Translations under genes and position numbers: made by a program
Shown here: one piece after another, positions 8,118 through 17,073 of the stretch
Position numbering within the stretch: position 1 is the first letter of the stretch
How the letters are laid out: each line of letters opens with the position of its first letter
Notes under the pieces: generated by a model
What the model saw: the letters and a program-made list of their open reading frames with translations, nothing else
The model's database searches: none
Told to the model about the DNA's origin: nothing
IMG/VR virus record: IMGVR_UViG_3300043442_001260
Span: 1-34,198 of that record
Source: a virus
Taxonomy: Duplodnaviria > Caudoviricetes
Reading direction: 5' to 3' (one strand)
Length of the DNA stretch: 34,198 nucleotides

Positions 8118-9203
8118 CTACTCACGAATTTGAACAGGCATCAGCAAATTAGTCTGTCCCCCACCGATCGCGTTGATCAGCACAGGGTTGGTAGGAGAAT
8201 TGCACAGAATAGAGACGTTATCCGATCGCACTGACTCGATCGCTTCTCGGAGGTATTTATTGTTGAACGCGATCGTAGTGTCCTCACCCTTGACGCGCTC
8301 CATAGAAATTGACTCCTTGCCAAAACCAACGTCTTGGGTTTCAACTTCCAAAATTAGGGAGTCCTGAGTAAACGTAATTTGCACCAACTTTTTCTTTTCC
8401 TCAATTAGCACCGCTACCCGCCCTAACGCACTCAGAAACAGCTTCCGATCCACCGTCACCTCGTGCTCAAAAACCGTGGGAATTAACCGCGGATAGCTAG
8501 GGTAAGCGCCGTCCAGTAACCGACAGCAAACGTAGCAGTCTCCAAACTCAAAACTGCACTCTCCAGTGGAATAGGCGATCGTCACCGCATCCGAAGGTTT
8601 AACCATGCGGCCGAGTGCTTTTCCGGCATGGGTAGGCAAATTCACACTAGGCAGTGCCCCTTCAGAGTCAACTTGGATCATGGCCAGGCGGTGTCCATCC
8701 GTAGCCGCAAAATAAATAGTGTCCTCTGATGACTGAATATTACAGCCATTCAGAACTTGCTTAGTTTCGTCAGTAGACGCGGCGTACAGTACCGCCAGTC
8801 CACCCAACAACGACTCCCCACTAATAGAAAAACGATCGCTTCCAGGGGGGTAGAGAGCCGGATATTCTTCGGGATCCATGCAGTTGAGCTTAAACCGTCC
8901 AGTCCCAGCGACAATGCCTAGCTGGTTTTCCTCCAGTGTCAAAACGATCGTTTCACTGGTGAGCCTGGAAACAATGTCGTTTAGCAGGGAACAGGGAACC
9001 GCAACAGCCCCATTTGCCTCAACAGTGGCAGGACAGGTGCAACGAATACCAATACTCAGGTTAAAGCCAGTAATAGATAGGGAGTCACCCTTTGCCTCAA
9101 TAAGCACATTGTTCAGGATAGGGTGACTGGAGGAAGAAGCCACCGCACGGGCCGCGTTAGCCAGTGCAGTGGAGAACTCAGAACGATCGACTGAAAATTT
9201 CAT
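8118..9203 (-). CDS. dnaN: DNA polymerase III beta sliding clamp
   Basis: MKF start, HPILNNVLI, ATDGHRLA, RLLDGAYP.Y.RLIP, AFN.KYL, C-terminal LLMPV. 361 aa. Confidence 0.95.
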   Translation of the reverse strand: MKFSVDRSEFSTALANAARAVASSSSHPILNNVLIEAKGDSLSITGFNLSIGIRCTCPATVEANGAVAVPCSLLNDIVSRLTSETIVLTLEENQLGIVAGTGRFKLNCMDPEEYPALYPPGSDRFSISGESLLGGLAVLYAASTDETKQVLNGCNIQSSEDTIYFAATDGHRLAMIQVDSEGALPSVNLPTHAGKALGRMVKPSDAVTIAYSTGECSFEFGDCYVCCRLLDGAYPSYPRLIPTVFEHEVTVDRKLFLSALGRVAVLIEEKKKLVQITFTQDSLILEVETQDVGFGKESISMERVKGEDTTIAFNNKYLREAIESVRSDNVSILCNSPTNPVLINAIGGGQTNLLMPVQIRE

Positions 9204-9775
9204 AGAGTGGGACTGTTTGGTAAATTGGGACGGGGAGTAGAGCGCTGAGAGCGCACCTTGTCGTTAATTTGGTTGTATTGTACGGCTCCGATACCACTAG
9301 CCAGTGTCAACAGTCCCGCACCAGCTAACAACGCCTCAGGCCCGAATACCAACCCATAAACCTTGAACCGCTCAATTTCTGTAGGGGCTGAAATATTAGC
9401 ATAAATAGCCAGTTCAGTAGTGCGAATATCCCAGTAGTACACCTGGAATGTAGCTGCCACTAACAGACAGACGAAACCAATGAGCAAGCCTAGCGCCGTC
9501 CACTGATATTTACGCTTGTCCGTTTGTTCCAGGACTCGGTTTATAGCTGAGTCTATTGTTCCCGTGAGGATAGGCCAAAACGCGGGGGTGGTTAGCGCTC
9601 CGCTAAGGGCAAACTCAAAAGCGGCCATGCCTAGACTTAGCATCCAGTCTGTGTCAGTCGGTTTTCCCACGGGAGCCAAACCAACTGCCGACATTTCGAT
9701 ATTTTTGTAGCCGATCGCTATGGCGCAGCCATAACAGCCATAGACGAAAATTTTATTAACTAATGGGTGCTTCAC
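9200..9775 (-). CDS. Multi-pass membrane protein
   Basis: About four hydrophobic segments. Abuts the ATPase gene and overlaps the dnaN start (ATGA). Confidence 0.7.
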   Translation of the reverse strand: MKHPLVNKIFVYGCYGCAIAIGYKNIEMSAVGLAPVGKPTDTDWMLSLGMAAFEFALSGALTTPAFWPILTGTIDSAINRVLEQTDKRKYQWTALGLLIGFVCLLVAATFQVYYWDIRTTELAIYANISAPTEIERFKVYGLVFGPEALLAGAGLLTLASGIGAVQYNQINDKVRSQRSTPRPNLPNSPTL

Positions 9776-11059
9776 TTAACTAACCTCCGGGTGTGGTGTG
9801 GGTTGTGGTGTGGGTTGGCGTGGGGTGCTGTGGGGCTCATTCACTCGTTGGTTTGTGGCTTCCACAACTCCCACAAGGGCGTAGGTATCCACTCCCACTA
9901 CAGCCAAAATGCCGTCGTAAACCAGGGTATCCAGAACCATTTGAATAGCCTCAATGCGGTTAGAACCCGCATCTACCAAGGCTTTGAGCTTCGTTAACTG
10001 AATTTGGCGGGGTGTGCCAGCGGTGCCACGCCGTTGGAACCACTCCACGATCGCTTTGTGGCAGGGATCCCCGTTGCTGAAAGCTTCCTGAATTTCTGAA
10101 TTTTTCTGAATTTCAGCAACAGCACCCAAGCTCGGTACAGACTCCTCACCAGCAACAGGAGCGATCGTTTCCAGTTCTGGGAAGTTTGCCAACAGCCATT
10201 CCGGGGTTAGCCAGTCGGGCCAGTCCAGAATACGGGAGGGGAACCCACCCCCCTCGATCGTTACCCTTCTGTCAGGTTGGGGCCGTCCATCAATTAGTTT
10301 GCGGTTACATCCCACGGTGACAAAATTGCCCCACATGGCATCACTTAAACCCTTGACGTTGCCGTTCATGGCCATGGTGTCACCATGGGCAATGAGCATC
10401 AACATCTCGTTATGTTTTGCCATTTCACGAACCGCGCTAAGCATTAACTCTTGGATATAGCTATCGGGGCCCACCTTTCCCGCATAGCCTGAAAACTCGT
10501 CAAGGATAGTGGTATAGGGGTTTGTATCGCCTTTGGCTAACCGTCCCATGAGGCGATCGATCTCGCCTTTAATTTGTCCCCATTGGTTGCCACTGCCGAC
10601 AACCTTGAAGCTGCTGCTCCAGGTTTTATCCCCAGGGGTGCAAAAGTGAGGGGTGCAGACGGTAACAGGGTGCTGCAAGTTGTCAATTTGTCGGAGTAAT
10701 GCGATCACCTGTGCTTTGGTGCTTTTGCCCGATCGCTGCCAGCCGGTGAACCGGAGGGGGGTAGCGTTCCGCAGTTCCCAGACAGGGGTTAGGTTGTACT
10801 CTGCCAACACCTGAATTAACCGGGCTTTCCGGTGTTCAAATGTTTTGGGTTGGACTTGTTCTTCAGGCTGGGGAGTGGGTTGAACCTGCGGCAAGGGTTC
10901 AGGCTCAGGTTCGACATATTCGATCGTTTCGGGCGGTGGTGGAGCGATCGTTTGGTGGGAGTTTAGTGACTCCCGGAGTTTCCTTTTAGTTTCAAAGTCA
11001 TCGAACAAGGAAACCCCGATCGCCCCTGCCACCACGATTGATAGCAGGGTAGGGTTCAT
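9776..11059 (-). CDS. Membrane-anchored P-loop ATPase (possibly FtsK/HerA-like)
   Basis: N-terminal hydrophobic anchor, Pro/Glu/Gln linker, Walker A GWQRSGKST, Walker B TTILDE, possible C-terminal winged helix. Confidence 0.7.
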   Translation of the reverse strand: MNPTLLSIVVAGAIGVSLFDDFETKRKLRESLNSHQTIAPPPPETIEYVEPEPEPLPQVQPTPQPEEQVQPKTFEHRKARLIQVLAEYNLTPVWELRNATPLRFTGWQRSGKSTKAQVIALLRQIDNLQHPVTVCTPHFCTPGDKTWSSSFKVVGSGNQWGQIKGEIDRLMGRLAKGDTNPYTTILDEFSGYAGKVGPDSYIQELMLSAVREMAKHNEMLMLIAHGDTMAMNGNVKGLSDAMWGNFVTVGCNRKLIDGRPQPDRRVTIEGGGFPSRILDWPDWLTPEWLLANFPELETIAPVAGEESVPSLGAVAEIQKNSEIQEAFSNGDPCHKAIVEWFQRRGTAGTPRQIQLTKLKALVDAGSNRIEAIQMVLDTLVYDGILAVVGVDTYALVGVVEATNQRVNEPHSTPRQPTPQPTPHPEVS

Positions 11060-11084
11060 GTGTTTTTTCTAAATGTGAATTTGC

Positions 11085-11279
11085 CTAAATTTCCAGAGGT
11101 TTGCCTTTAGCAATTAGTTCAATATCAGAAGGGTCTAGATCCGAGGGGATACCCAGCCAAATTTTCAAAACCTCATTCAGGAGCCAGTCAACCCGATCGG
11201 GTGACTCATTGCTAAAACGAAGTTTTTTGATCGCGTCAAGAACGCTGGCATCAAGAATTAAAACTTGGTCTAAATTCAT
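11085..11279 (-). CDS. Small hypothetical protein, possibly ribbon-helix-helix-like
   Basis: ATG at 11279 after AGGAG; LILDASVLDAIKKL...VDWLLNEVLKIWL. Confidence 0.5.
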   Translation of the reverse strand: MNLDQVLILDASVLDAIKKLRFSNESPDRVDWLLNEVLKIWLGIPSDLDPSDIELIAKGKPLEI

Positions 11280-11289
11280 TTCAAGTCTC

Positions 11290-11643
11290 CTAAAACGGGG
11301 TGTAGTGGAACCGGACAACGGCAACCATTTGATCAGGGTTGCCACGGAAATAAAGCTCGATAAATTCGGCAACGGTTTCTGTCATGCCGCCTTCACGGAA
11401 CAGATCGGACTCTGGCATATCGCCTAGGCGCTCAAGGTAGGGACGATCGGTTAAACGAATAGTCCCGATCCGCTGTCCGCCATAGGCTAGGCATTTGTCC
11501 ACGGCAACATGGCAACGGAGCGGATCCGTGTCAAACGATCGTTGCCATGCTTCCAGAGTCCGGGGCTTCCAGATCCGTCGGGTCGTGTCCTTGGGGCCAT
11601 CCGGGGGCAAATATCGGCGTGTCCATCCAAAAGAGAGGATCAT
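11290..11643 (-). CDS. ASCH/PUA-like domain protein
   Basis: MILSF...G.K.TTRR N-terminal motif, IGTIRLT, D...EG, VAVVRF. Confidence 0.65.
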   Translation of the reverse strand: MILSFGWTRRYLPPDGPKDTTRRIWKPRTLEAWQRSFDTDPLRCHVAVDKCLAYGGQRIGTIRLTDRPYLERLGDMPESDLFREGGMTETVAEFIELYFRGNPDQMVAVVRFHYTPF

Positions 11644-11651
11644 TCTGCCCC

Positions 11652-12218
11652 CTACAGGAATGCGGGATCAATACGATCGGGCAGGGCAGGCAGGGCGGGA
11701 GCCTGTTGAAAGGCCGCTGCTAGGGTGTTTGAAAGCGTATCGTGGTGACGGTGCGCTCCACTGAGACGTTGAGCCACTTGTTCCATTACCCGTGCCGTGC
11801 GGTTGACGGGATGCAAGTAGGTGGTAACTGCCTGTACTACTAGCTGTTCTTGCTGTGCGGACATCACCAGTAGGCTTTGAACGTCGGCCATTAGCGCTTG
11901 GTTATTTTGCGCCAACGCCAAAAAGCTTGCCGTTTGACTAGCCTCAGCATCCTCGTTTTGGAAAGCCTCGGCTTGGTAGGTTTGCTGAGGGGCTTGGGCT
12001 TGTCGATCCTTCCCAGGACATCCAAACTTTAAAATTTCATCAACTTCAGCGGGAGTAAAAAACCATTTTTTTCCGCGCTTCGTGCCATACGTTTTTCCGG
12101 TTTTTGCGCTGGCCATATTTTTCCAGCCTGTGAACGTCTGGGGCTCAACGCCAAACTGTTGCGCGAGTTCAGCAGTGTTTAGATCAACCTGCACTTCGGT
12201 GGTAGTGTTTTCAGCCAT
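11652..12218 (-). CDS. N-terminal HTH (MerR/excisionase-like) DNA-binding protein with coiled coil
   Basis: NTAELAQQFGVEPQTFTGW ... WFFTPAEVDEI, then a Gln/Ala-rich helix. GAGG RBS. Confidence 0.65.
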   Translation of the reverse strand: MAENTTTEVQVDLNTAELAQQFGVEPQTFTGWKNMASAKTGKTYGTKRGKKWFFTPAEVDEILKFGCPGKDRQAQAPQQTYQAEAFQNEDAEASQTASFLALAQNNQALMADVQSLLVMSAQQEQLVVQAVTTYLHPVNRTARVMEQVAQRLSGAHRHHDTLSNTLAAAFQQAPALPALPDRIDPAFL

Positions 12219-12336
12219 CGTTTTCCTCTAAAATAGACTTGTGTTTTTCTTGCCGCAGGATCCACGGTGGTATCCGGCGGCTTTTTTAATGTAGCATAAC
12301 CAATAACATTATGGACACTATGGACAGTAAATAAAA

Positions 12337-12525
12337 ATGACTGGGGACAGGAAACGATCGAAAAAATTCTTTAACCTCCAATGCCAGATAGACCCCACGG
12401 TGATCCGACAAGCTCGAATCATTATGGCGGCGAAAAACCTCACGCTATCAGAGGCGGTAGAGGAGTCCCTAGTACAATGGATCGCAGTGAATAAGTCGAT
12501 CGTTTTGAAAGAGTTTGAGGAATAG
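12337..12525 (+). CDS. Ribbon-helix-helix DNA-binding protein
   Basis: LQCQIDPTVIRQARI.MAAKNLTLSEAVEESL. Direct repeat TATGGACA x2 (12310-12326) just upstream. Confidence 0.65.
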   Translation: MTGDRKRSKKFFNLQCQIDPTVIRQARIIMAAKNLTLSEAVEESLVQWIAVNKSIVLKEFEE

Positions 12526-12534
12526 GTAATAGGT

Positions 12535-14868
12535 ATGGCTGCCATCGGGATCAACTTGGCGATCGGTTTGGGTGCGTCGTTTCTGCTCAGTCTGTTTGAA
12601 CCGACACAGAAAATTGAAGGTCCGAGAATATCCGATCTGTCAGCGCCTAGAAGCTCCTATGGCTCAGGGATACCGATAATTTGGGGACGGGCTAGGGTTG
12701 GGGGTAACCTAATTTGGGCAGTAAACCTAAAGGAAGTTGTAAGCCGCAGGCGGCGCAGGAGGGGGAAGGGGTTCGGGCCTAAAGTTCAGGAAACAACCTA
12801 TTCCTATTTTGCCAATTTTGCCGTGATGCTCTGCCAAGGGCCGATCGCCAGGGTGAATAGAGTCTGGTTGAATGGCAAATTAACCTATGCCTATGGGGGG
12901 AATGGCAACGACTTTTTTAATTCCTATGCCAGGGTTTACACGGGTACCAGCGGACAAAACCCGGATCCGATGCTTGAAAATACAAAACCCGTGGTGCATA
13001 ACGACTATGGGCTCAGCGACGATCCTGGAACCCGGGCCGCAGAGATAGCCGCGATCGAGAATACCTATGGCGTGAACATCACTAATGAGCAACCGGGGTA
13101 CCGACGGCGGGCCTATATTGTTTTCGAGAACCTACCGCTGGCAGACTATAACAATGCTATTCCTGCGGTAAGTGCTGAAATTATTGCTCATGAAAACATC
13201 AACCTTCAGCAAATTATTGAGGAGCTTTGTGCTGAGGCAGGCATGAAGCCGGGGGAATACGACGCTTCAGCCTTGGCAGGTGTGCCGGTAACGGGCTTCA
13301 TTATCAAAAATATCCAGTCGATAAACCAAGCTCTGGAGCAACTACAGCAGGCCTACCTATTCGACGTGATCCGATCGTCCGGGGTTCTCAAGTTTGTTTT
13401 GAAAGATCGCAGTCGGGCCGTTGTGTTTCCGGATCCGTCCCTGCTGGCTAGTCACCCCTACGGTAGCGATCGTCCTGACGACTACACAAAGGAAGTTTTG
13501 ACGATCGAGCAATTATCCTCTGAGGTAAATGTCACTTTTTTGGATCCCGCTGAGGACTATGCTGAGAACACTGCCAGCTACCGGAGACAGCAATTGTTAC
13601 CGGATAACAAAAAAGACATATCGGTACAGTTAGCTTTGAGCATTGATCAGGCTCGGCAGATGGCGGAGCGGCTTCTGTACCTGGAGTGGATCGAGCAACG
13701 AATTAAATACGAGTTGGCATTCCCACCGGCGTTATTAGAGGCGGAGGCGGGGGATCTAGTGCAGATCACCGTGGCAGGTGAGGTTCAGAATTTAGAGATC
13801 CGTAGGGTGAAGCTAGGGGCCAATTTAATTTGCGAATACGAGGCGATCCCATCTGACAAAAGCTTCCTGTCCTATACCCGCACCTTACCCGTTAACCCCG
13901 TGGAGTCTGAAATTTTGGTAGAGGGGGAGACGATCGCCCATATTCTCGATATGAACCTAGTGGCAGACTCAGACCCAGAAGGGCTCTACTATTCCGCCAC
14001 GGGAGAGGGCACTTGGCGGTTTGGGTATCTGTTTGCCAGCGCTGATACCACTAATTACGATCTCATCAACACGATCGACACCATGGGGACGATCGGCACA
14101 ACGGAGGGGGCACTGCGGGACGCTCTACCCTATGTTTTCGATGATATTTCGGAGTTAATTGTGGAGCTTATTGGTAATTCTCAACTCCAGTCGGTTCCCA
14201 ATAGCCAGCTTGATCTGGGTAGGAATAAGGCCCTAGTCGGTGACGAAATTCTGCAATTCAAAGAGTCCTACTACCTAGGCGATCGACGGTGGTTGCTGCG
14301 GGGGTTTAGGCGGGGTATCCGTGGCACTGCCAGCAAAACCACGGGACACAACACTGGTGAATTATTCCTACTGCTAACCGGAGATGATGCCTATTTACAG
14401 GTGCAGGAGGGGACAACCTCAGATATTGGGAGAACCTACTATTTCAAAGCGCTCAACTCTAGCCAAACTCTGGATCAGGTAGCAGCGATCACCGTGCCAG
14501 TGGTAGGTAACCCCTACCGTCCCTATGCCCCTTCTGGGGTAACCCTGACAAAGTTAGGGAATGCTGACTTGGTTATCAGTTGGCAACGGCACACCCGCAG
14601 GAACGGACGATGGCAGGACGGTGGTGACATTGCAATCCCGGTAGAGGAGCAACGGGGATATGTTGAGATACTGAACGGGGTAACGATCGTTCAGTCTGGT
14701 TTTGTGTCGGGGAACCAGTTTACCTACACCGCAGCGGATCAGGTGTCGGACTGGGGAGCCACTAAAAACGAATTAACCCTGAGAGTCTGGCAGGTGAACG
14801 ATGCCGTTATCTCAGGGTTTAAGGGCTACCCGTGGGAGGGTAGCGTGGTGGTTAGCAGGGTTGTCTAG
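12535..14868 (+). CDS. GTA-like tail tip / host-specificity protein (Phage-tail_3 type)
   Basis: EGPRISDL, SSYG..IP.IWG.ARVGGNLIWA, Y.YFANFAV.LC.GPI, YRRRAYIVFENLPLADY.N.IP, EILQF, RG.RGT, ISW.R.TR. Confidence 0.85.
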   Translation: MAAIGINLAIGLGASFLLSLFEPTQKIEGPRISDLSAPRSSYGSGIPIIWGRARVGGNLIWAVNLKEVVSRRRRRRGKGFGPKVQETTYSYFANFAVMLCQGPIARVNRVWLNGKLTYAYGGNGNDFFNSYARVYTGTSGQNPDPMLENTKPVVHNDYGLSDDPGTRAAEIAAIENTYGVNITNEQPGYRRRAYIVFENLPLADYNNAIPAVSAEIIAHENINLQQIIEELCAEAGMKPGEYDASALAGVPVTGFIIKNIQSINQALEQLQQAYLFDVIRSSGVLKFVLKDRSRAVVFPDPSLLASHPYGSDRPDDYTKEVLTIEQLSSEVNVTFLDPAEDYAENTASYRRQQLLPDNKKDISVQLALSIDQARQMAERLLYLEWIEQRIKYELAFPPALLEAEAGDLVQITVAGEVQNLEIRRVKLGANLICEYEAIPSDKSFLSYTRTLPVNPVESEILVEGETIAHILDMNLVADSDPEGLYYSATGEGTWRFGYLFASADTTNYDLINTIDTMGTIGTTEGALRDALPYVFDDISELIVELIGNSQLQSVPNSQLDLGRNKALVGDEILQFKESYYLGDRRWLLRGFRRGIRGTASKTTGHNTGELFLLLTGDDAYLQVQEGTTSDIGRTYYFKALNSSQTLDQVAAITVPVVGNPYRPYAPSGVTLTKLGNADLVISWQRHTRRNGRWQDGGDIAIPVEEQRGYVEILNGVTIVQSGFVSGNQFTYTAADQVSDWGATKNELTLRVWQVNDAVISGFKGYPWEGSVVVSRVV

Positions 14869-14959
14869 TATGCGACCCGTACAATTTTTGGCTTTTCTAG
14901 GGGTGGTAAGGGTTTGCAGATTTGGAGGTGCTGCCCCCCTAGGGGGGGGGCTATGAGGA

Positions 14960-15271
14960 TTACATCGGGACGGGCTGGGTAGTTTCCTCGATTTCTTTTC
15001 CAAGGGAAGACTTTGTTTGGGAGCGGCGAGTCCATTGTCCGTCCTGGTAAACCCAGGGGCAGCCGCTGTAAGCAATACGGACTTCATGCACCCCATTATT
15101 TAGGGCAAACTGGAGCACCTCAGCGATCTGTGTGGTCTCCCCGGCGAATTTTGCCCCCATAATGTAGTAGGGGCAGTTGCGGGTTCCGTCTCCTTTCACA
15201 ATCAGTGCATTAGGGCGGCGACCAGTGCCATCGCCGGCGCTTAAAAGAAGAGAGTATTGAGTGTTAAACAT
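14960..15271 (-). CDS. Small hypothetical protein, duplicated copy A (cassette 4)
   Basis: 103 aa, AAGGAG RBS, own promoter. Confidence 0.7.
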   Translation of the reverse strand: MFNTQYSLLLSAGDGTGRRPNALIVKGDGTRNCPYYIMGAKFAGETTQIAEVLQFALNNGVHEVRIAYSGCPWVYQDGQWTRRSQTKSSLGKEIEETTQPVPM

Positions 15272-15302
15272 TGTCGTTGCTCCTTGCCGTGTTGTGTTTT
15301 TC

Positions 15303-15350
15303 CATGCCTAATATTAAGTCGTTACCTAACGCATTGTCAAGCATTAGGCA
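15303..15350 (-). promoter_or_regulatory. Promoter/operator unit, variant copy
   Basis: TTGACA then CGTTAggTAACG (15320-15331) then TAATAT. Flanked by inverted repeat tgcctaat/attaggca. Confidence 0.8.
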
Positions 15351-15660
15351 ACATCGGGACGGGCTGGGTAGTTTCCTCGATTTCTTTTCCAAGGGAAGAC
15401 TTTGTTTGGGAGCGGCGAGTCCATTGTCCGTCCTGGTAAACCCAGGGGCAGCCGCTGTAAGCAATACGGACTTCATGCACCCCATTATTTAGGGCAAACT
15501 GGAGCACCTCAGCGATCTGTGTGGTCTCCCCGGCGAATTTTGCCCCCATAATGTAGTAGGGGCAGTTGCGGGTTCCGTCTCCTTTCACAATCAGTGCATT
15601 AGGGCGGCGACCAGTGCCATCGCCGGCGCTTAAAAGAAGAGAGTATTGAGTGTTAAACAT
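15337..15660 (-). CDS. Small hypothetical protein, duplicated copy B (4 extra C-terminal residues)
   Basis: Same sequence as copy A, reads LPNA into the next promoter before stopping. Confidence 0.7.
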   Translation of the reverse strand: MFNTQYSLLLSAGDGTGRRPNALIVKGDGTRNCPYYIMGAKFAGETTQIAEVLQFALNNGVHEVRIAYSGCPWVYQDGQWTRRSQTKSSLGKEIEETTQPVPMLPNA

Positions 15661-15680
15661 TGTCGTTGCTCCTTGCCGTG

Positions 15681-15754
15681 TTGTGTTTTTCAATGATCTA
15701 ATATTAAACCGTTACCTAACGTTTGTCAACACATTAGGCAAAAATATTTTTAGG
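15681..15754 (-). promoter_or_regulatory. Promoter/operator/leader unit; 72/74 identical to 30289-30362 in inverted orientation
   Basis: TTGACA-17-TAATAT with CGTTAggTAACG (15710-15721) and GAAAAACACAA. Confidence 0.9.
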
Positions 15755-15783
15755 CAATAAAAAAGGGGGCATTGTTGCCCCCC
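15751..15783 (-). terminator. Intrinsic terminator (shared cassette family tail)
   Basis: taggcaataaaaagggggca-ttgt-tgccccc. Confidence 0.75.
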
Positions 15784-15804
15784 GTGGTGTTGCTTGGACA
15801 AGTC

Positions 15805-16068
15805 TTATTTTACCAACTCTTCAGACTTGCAGTCCCGCCAGGTGTAAACCCCAGGACTGGGGTTGCTGGCGATACACTGTGGCGCGATCGGTTTTTCGCC
15901 GTCGTTGGCAATGGCCGGTTGCTCCCAAATTGGGCGATCGGGTTGCCCCATCGTGAGGAAGATATAGGCAAACCCCAGGAAGGCTAGGAACGGAAAAATT
16001 TCAGAAAGCCCGGAAACCCTGGCGGAGCCACGGTGATCAAAGGTAGGTGGTAGTTGTGGTGTGTTCAT
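15805..16068 (-). CDS. Small single-pass membrane protein
   Basis: IFPFLAFLGFAYIFLTM helix and two C-terminal Cys. GAAAAACAC-ATG leader; TTGACA..TAAT promoter at about 16100-16130. Confidence 0.7.
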   Translation of the reverse strand: MNTPQLPPTFDHRGSARVSGLSEIFPFLAFLGFAYIFLTMGQPDRPIWEQPAIANDGEKPIAPQCIASNPSPGVYTWRDCKSEELVK

Positions 16069-16135
16069 GTGTTTTTCTAAAGATAGGTGTCACGTAAATA
16101 CATTATCACCTATATCCACTGTGTCAATACGTTGC

Positions 16136-16357
16136 TAGTCCTGTTTTAGTCCCCAGTTTTTCCAGTGTGGTGAAACGCTCTCTACAACTGACTTTTAGCG
16201 AGTGAGCTAGGGGCTCATAGTCCCGCGATCGTTTTACGTGGTTGGGTTGGTTCATGGGCTGAAAAGGCTTTGAAGCCTTGGGTTTAGTGACAGGACGATC
16301 GGATATTCAGGATATTTCGGACAATTCGACGGGTTTTTTAGTCCCCGTTTTAGTCCC
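16136..16357. other. Probable attP region with integrase arm-type repeats
   Basis: Non-coding gap downstream of int-thyX with TAGTCC(C) at 16136, 16147, 16218, 16339, 16351, paired at each end. Palindrome aaggctt-tg-aagcctt at 16264-16279. Confidence 0.6.
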
Positions 16358-17073
16358 TAGGGGGAGAGTCGGGCCTTGCCGAGGCGGTGCTTACAGTACC
16401 AGTCTGCTATTTCGGGAACCCACGCCTGGAAATAGGGCAGCATCATTTCCGCTAGTTTTTGAATTTCTAACTGTGCGTCCTTTTTGGCTCGTAAGTCCAG
16501 GAAGTGCATCAGGGAACGCACATTGAAACTCACCACAAAATGTTGGCGGGTGTCAAAGGGCATAGGCCCCCTAGCCTGTTCCTCAGACATTCCCGCGTCT
16601 AGGCTATTTTTATAGCGATCGGCGGCTACCCTGCACCACTCCAGATCCTCCTGGCGCTGCTCGTCACTGTAGACATACTTCCTGCCAAAACGATCGTTAT
16701 AGGAGCCTGCGGGCCTTAGGTAAAAAACGTCTTCAATATCTAACTCACCTTTGGCTGCACGGACGATCCGCTGTCCGGTATAGCGGCCGCTCTGACAGTC
16801 GAAACTTACGCCGATCCGATGAGTCCTTGCCTGCTGCATGACGCTATGGGGAAAGTAACCCACGTTGAAGACAATTTGGGGGTGCTCCAGGGGCCCCCAA
16901 TGCCCTCGATCGCCTGCGAGGAGATACTTAACGATTAACTCTCCGCATTTAGTTTCTGAGGGTATTGTTTCGTCTGAGGCAAAATTTTCGGAGTAGTCCT
17001 GGTGCATGGCGGTGTAGATAACCTGCTGGGGGTTTGCCATTTGTGAAACGACAACAACTTTAAACTTTTCCAT
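16357..17073 (-). CDS. thyX: FAD-dependent thymidylate synthase
   Basis: GHWGPLEH, QARTHRIGVSFDCQSGRY, EEQAR, N.RSL.HF.DLRAKKDAQLEI. Confidence 0.95.
   Translation of the reverse strand: MEKFKVVVVSQMANPQQVIYTAMHQDYSENFASDETIPSETKCGELIVKYLLAGDRGHWGPLEHPQIVFNVGYFPHSVMQQARTHRIGVSFDCQSGRYTGQRIVRAAKGELDIEDVFYLRPAGSYNDRFGRKYVYSDEQRQEDLEWCRVAADRYKNSLDAGMSEEQARGPMPFDTRQHFVVSFNVRSLMHFLDLRAKKDAQLEIQKLAEMMLPYFQAWVPEIADWYCKHRLGKARLSP

Larger units (their letters stand above)
14962..15691. repeat. Tandem duplication: 341 bp apparently identical (14962-15302 and 15351-15691), period 389
   Basis: Direct read-through comparison found no mismatch; identical ORF translations. Confidence 0.95.

Noticed and set aside
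14933-14952. Poly-G tract as a phase-variation site
   Set aside because: Intergenic and paired with a preceding C-run as a hairpin between convergent genes; better explained as a terminator stem.
14812-15492. Alternative-frame ORFs within the duplication (14812-15096, 15257-15439, 15264-15485, 15271-15492)
   Set aside because: Shadow frames with no RBS or promoter; they cross promoter sequence or the tail gene.
16136-16357. tRNA or tmRNA fragment at the att region
   Set aside because: No T-loop GTTCRA or CCA-ended acceptor stem seen. No tRNA or rRNA gene recognised anywhere in the window.
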